Source: Methanocaldococcus jannaschii DSM 2661
Lineage (GTDB): Archaea > AGJL01 > Methanococci > Methanococcales > Methanocaldococcaceae
DNA length: 6,484 nt
Reading direction: 5' to 3'
Assembly (NCBI RefSeq): GCF_000091665.1
Contig: NC_001732.1
Span: forward strand, 1-6,484
Below, piece after piece: positions 5,829 to 6,484 of the stretch. Both the position numbers and the translations under genes were made by a program. The first letter of the stretch is position 1; every line of letters starts with the position of its first letter. The notes beneath the pieces are model-generated. The model saw only the letters and a program-made list of their open reading frames with translations. It ran no database searches and was not told where the DNA came from.

Positions 5829-6484
5829 TTAAATTTTTAAATTTTTAAGACCATCTTCTCCTCCTAAAACTCCATCATATTTTTTAATTTTAACCAATGC
5901 TGGAAGTGGGAGTGAAGAACCAACTACTATTGCCTCTCCAGTTGATAATTGTGGTAAATCTTGAAGTAAATCCTCTCCAACATTCTCGGAACTCTCTAAA
6001 ATATATTTTTGGTCTGTTGGCTCTACAATTCTTAAAATTATCTTAGTATTCATTTGAGATAAGACTGTAGGATTCAATTCTTTAGGCCTCTGACTTACTA
6101 AACCCAATCCAACTCCAAATTTTCTTCCTTCTTTTGCAATTCTATTAATCCAATAACCAGACCTATCCTTCAAATTCTTTGCTGCAAAAAGGTGTGCTTC
6201 TTCTATAATTACTAATGTTGGTTTTTCAAGTGCTTTAATTTCAACTATCTCATCATGGACTGATTTAATTCTCTCTTTTAAAACTCTTTTTAAGAATTCT
6301 CCTACAATTGTTATTGCCTCCTCATCCTCAATCTTTTGAAGTGGGAGAACATTTATTTTATCACTCTTAATGTCAAACATTCCCTCATTCTCTCCCAAAA
6401 TATTTTTATTTTTGTTAATAAACCATCTCAACTTTTCAATAACTCTATTTATTGACATTTCATCATCTTTTTTTACAGTTTTAG
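5829..6484 (-). CDS. herA: HerA DNA helicase/translocase, C-terminal part (5' end outside the window)
   Basis: VIIEEAHLFAAK (Walker B-type), NRIAKEGRKFGVGLGLVSQRPKELNPTVLSQMNTKIILRI, and C-terminal LPQLSTGEAIVVGSSLPLPALVKI. The frame stays open past the track ATG at 6458 to the window edge (KTVKKDDE-M...). Confidence 0.9.
   Translation of the reverse strand, partial: KTVKKDDEMSINRVIEKLRWFINKNKNILGENEGMFDIKSDKINVLPLQKIEDEEAITIVGEFLKRVLKERIKSVHDEIVEIKALEKPTLVIIEEAHLFAAKNLKDRSGYWINRIAKEGRKFGVGLGLVSQRPKELNPTVLSQMNTKIILRIVEPTDQKYILESSENVGEDLLQDLPQLSTGEAIVVGSSLPLPALVKIKKYDGVLGGEDGLKNLKI

Noticed and set aside
6459-6484. HerA beginning at ATG 6458
   Set aside because: The frame remains open to the window edge and the visible part lacks the HerA N-terminal HAS domain and Walker A, so the gene must start outside the window.

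Overview
AT-rich archaeal DNA, very likely from a hyperthermophilic methanogen of the Methanocaldococcus type (judged from protein style and Shine-Dalgarno-led starts; no database check was possible). Supported content, left to right: (i) a short ORF (178..348 +) that looks like the N-terminus of an EndoMS/NucS endonuclease, cut off and overlapping an unknown 249-aa ORF; (ii) a minus-strand pair of small unknown genes overlapping by ATGAATAA; (iii) a 439-aa archaeal P-loop ATPase with a C-terminal PD-(D/E)XK-like motif, followed by two tiny ORFs, the first of which may have a decayed start codon (ATA); (iv) on the minus strand, the C-terminal part of HerA, then NurA, then an ORF-track-missed 46-aa single-TM protein (4419..4279), then a 116-aa Cys-rich winged-helix-like regulator. 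The most interesting pattern is three copies of a 26-bp palindrome, consensus GTGAATTGACTTTRAAGTCAATTCAC, at 3762, 4177 and 4484. They bracket the regulator and the small membrane protein, and two or three of them sit where transcription start sites are predicted. This suggests a self-regulated mini-regulon next to herA-nurA. No CRISPR, tRNA, rRNA or transposase was recognised.
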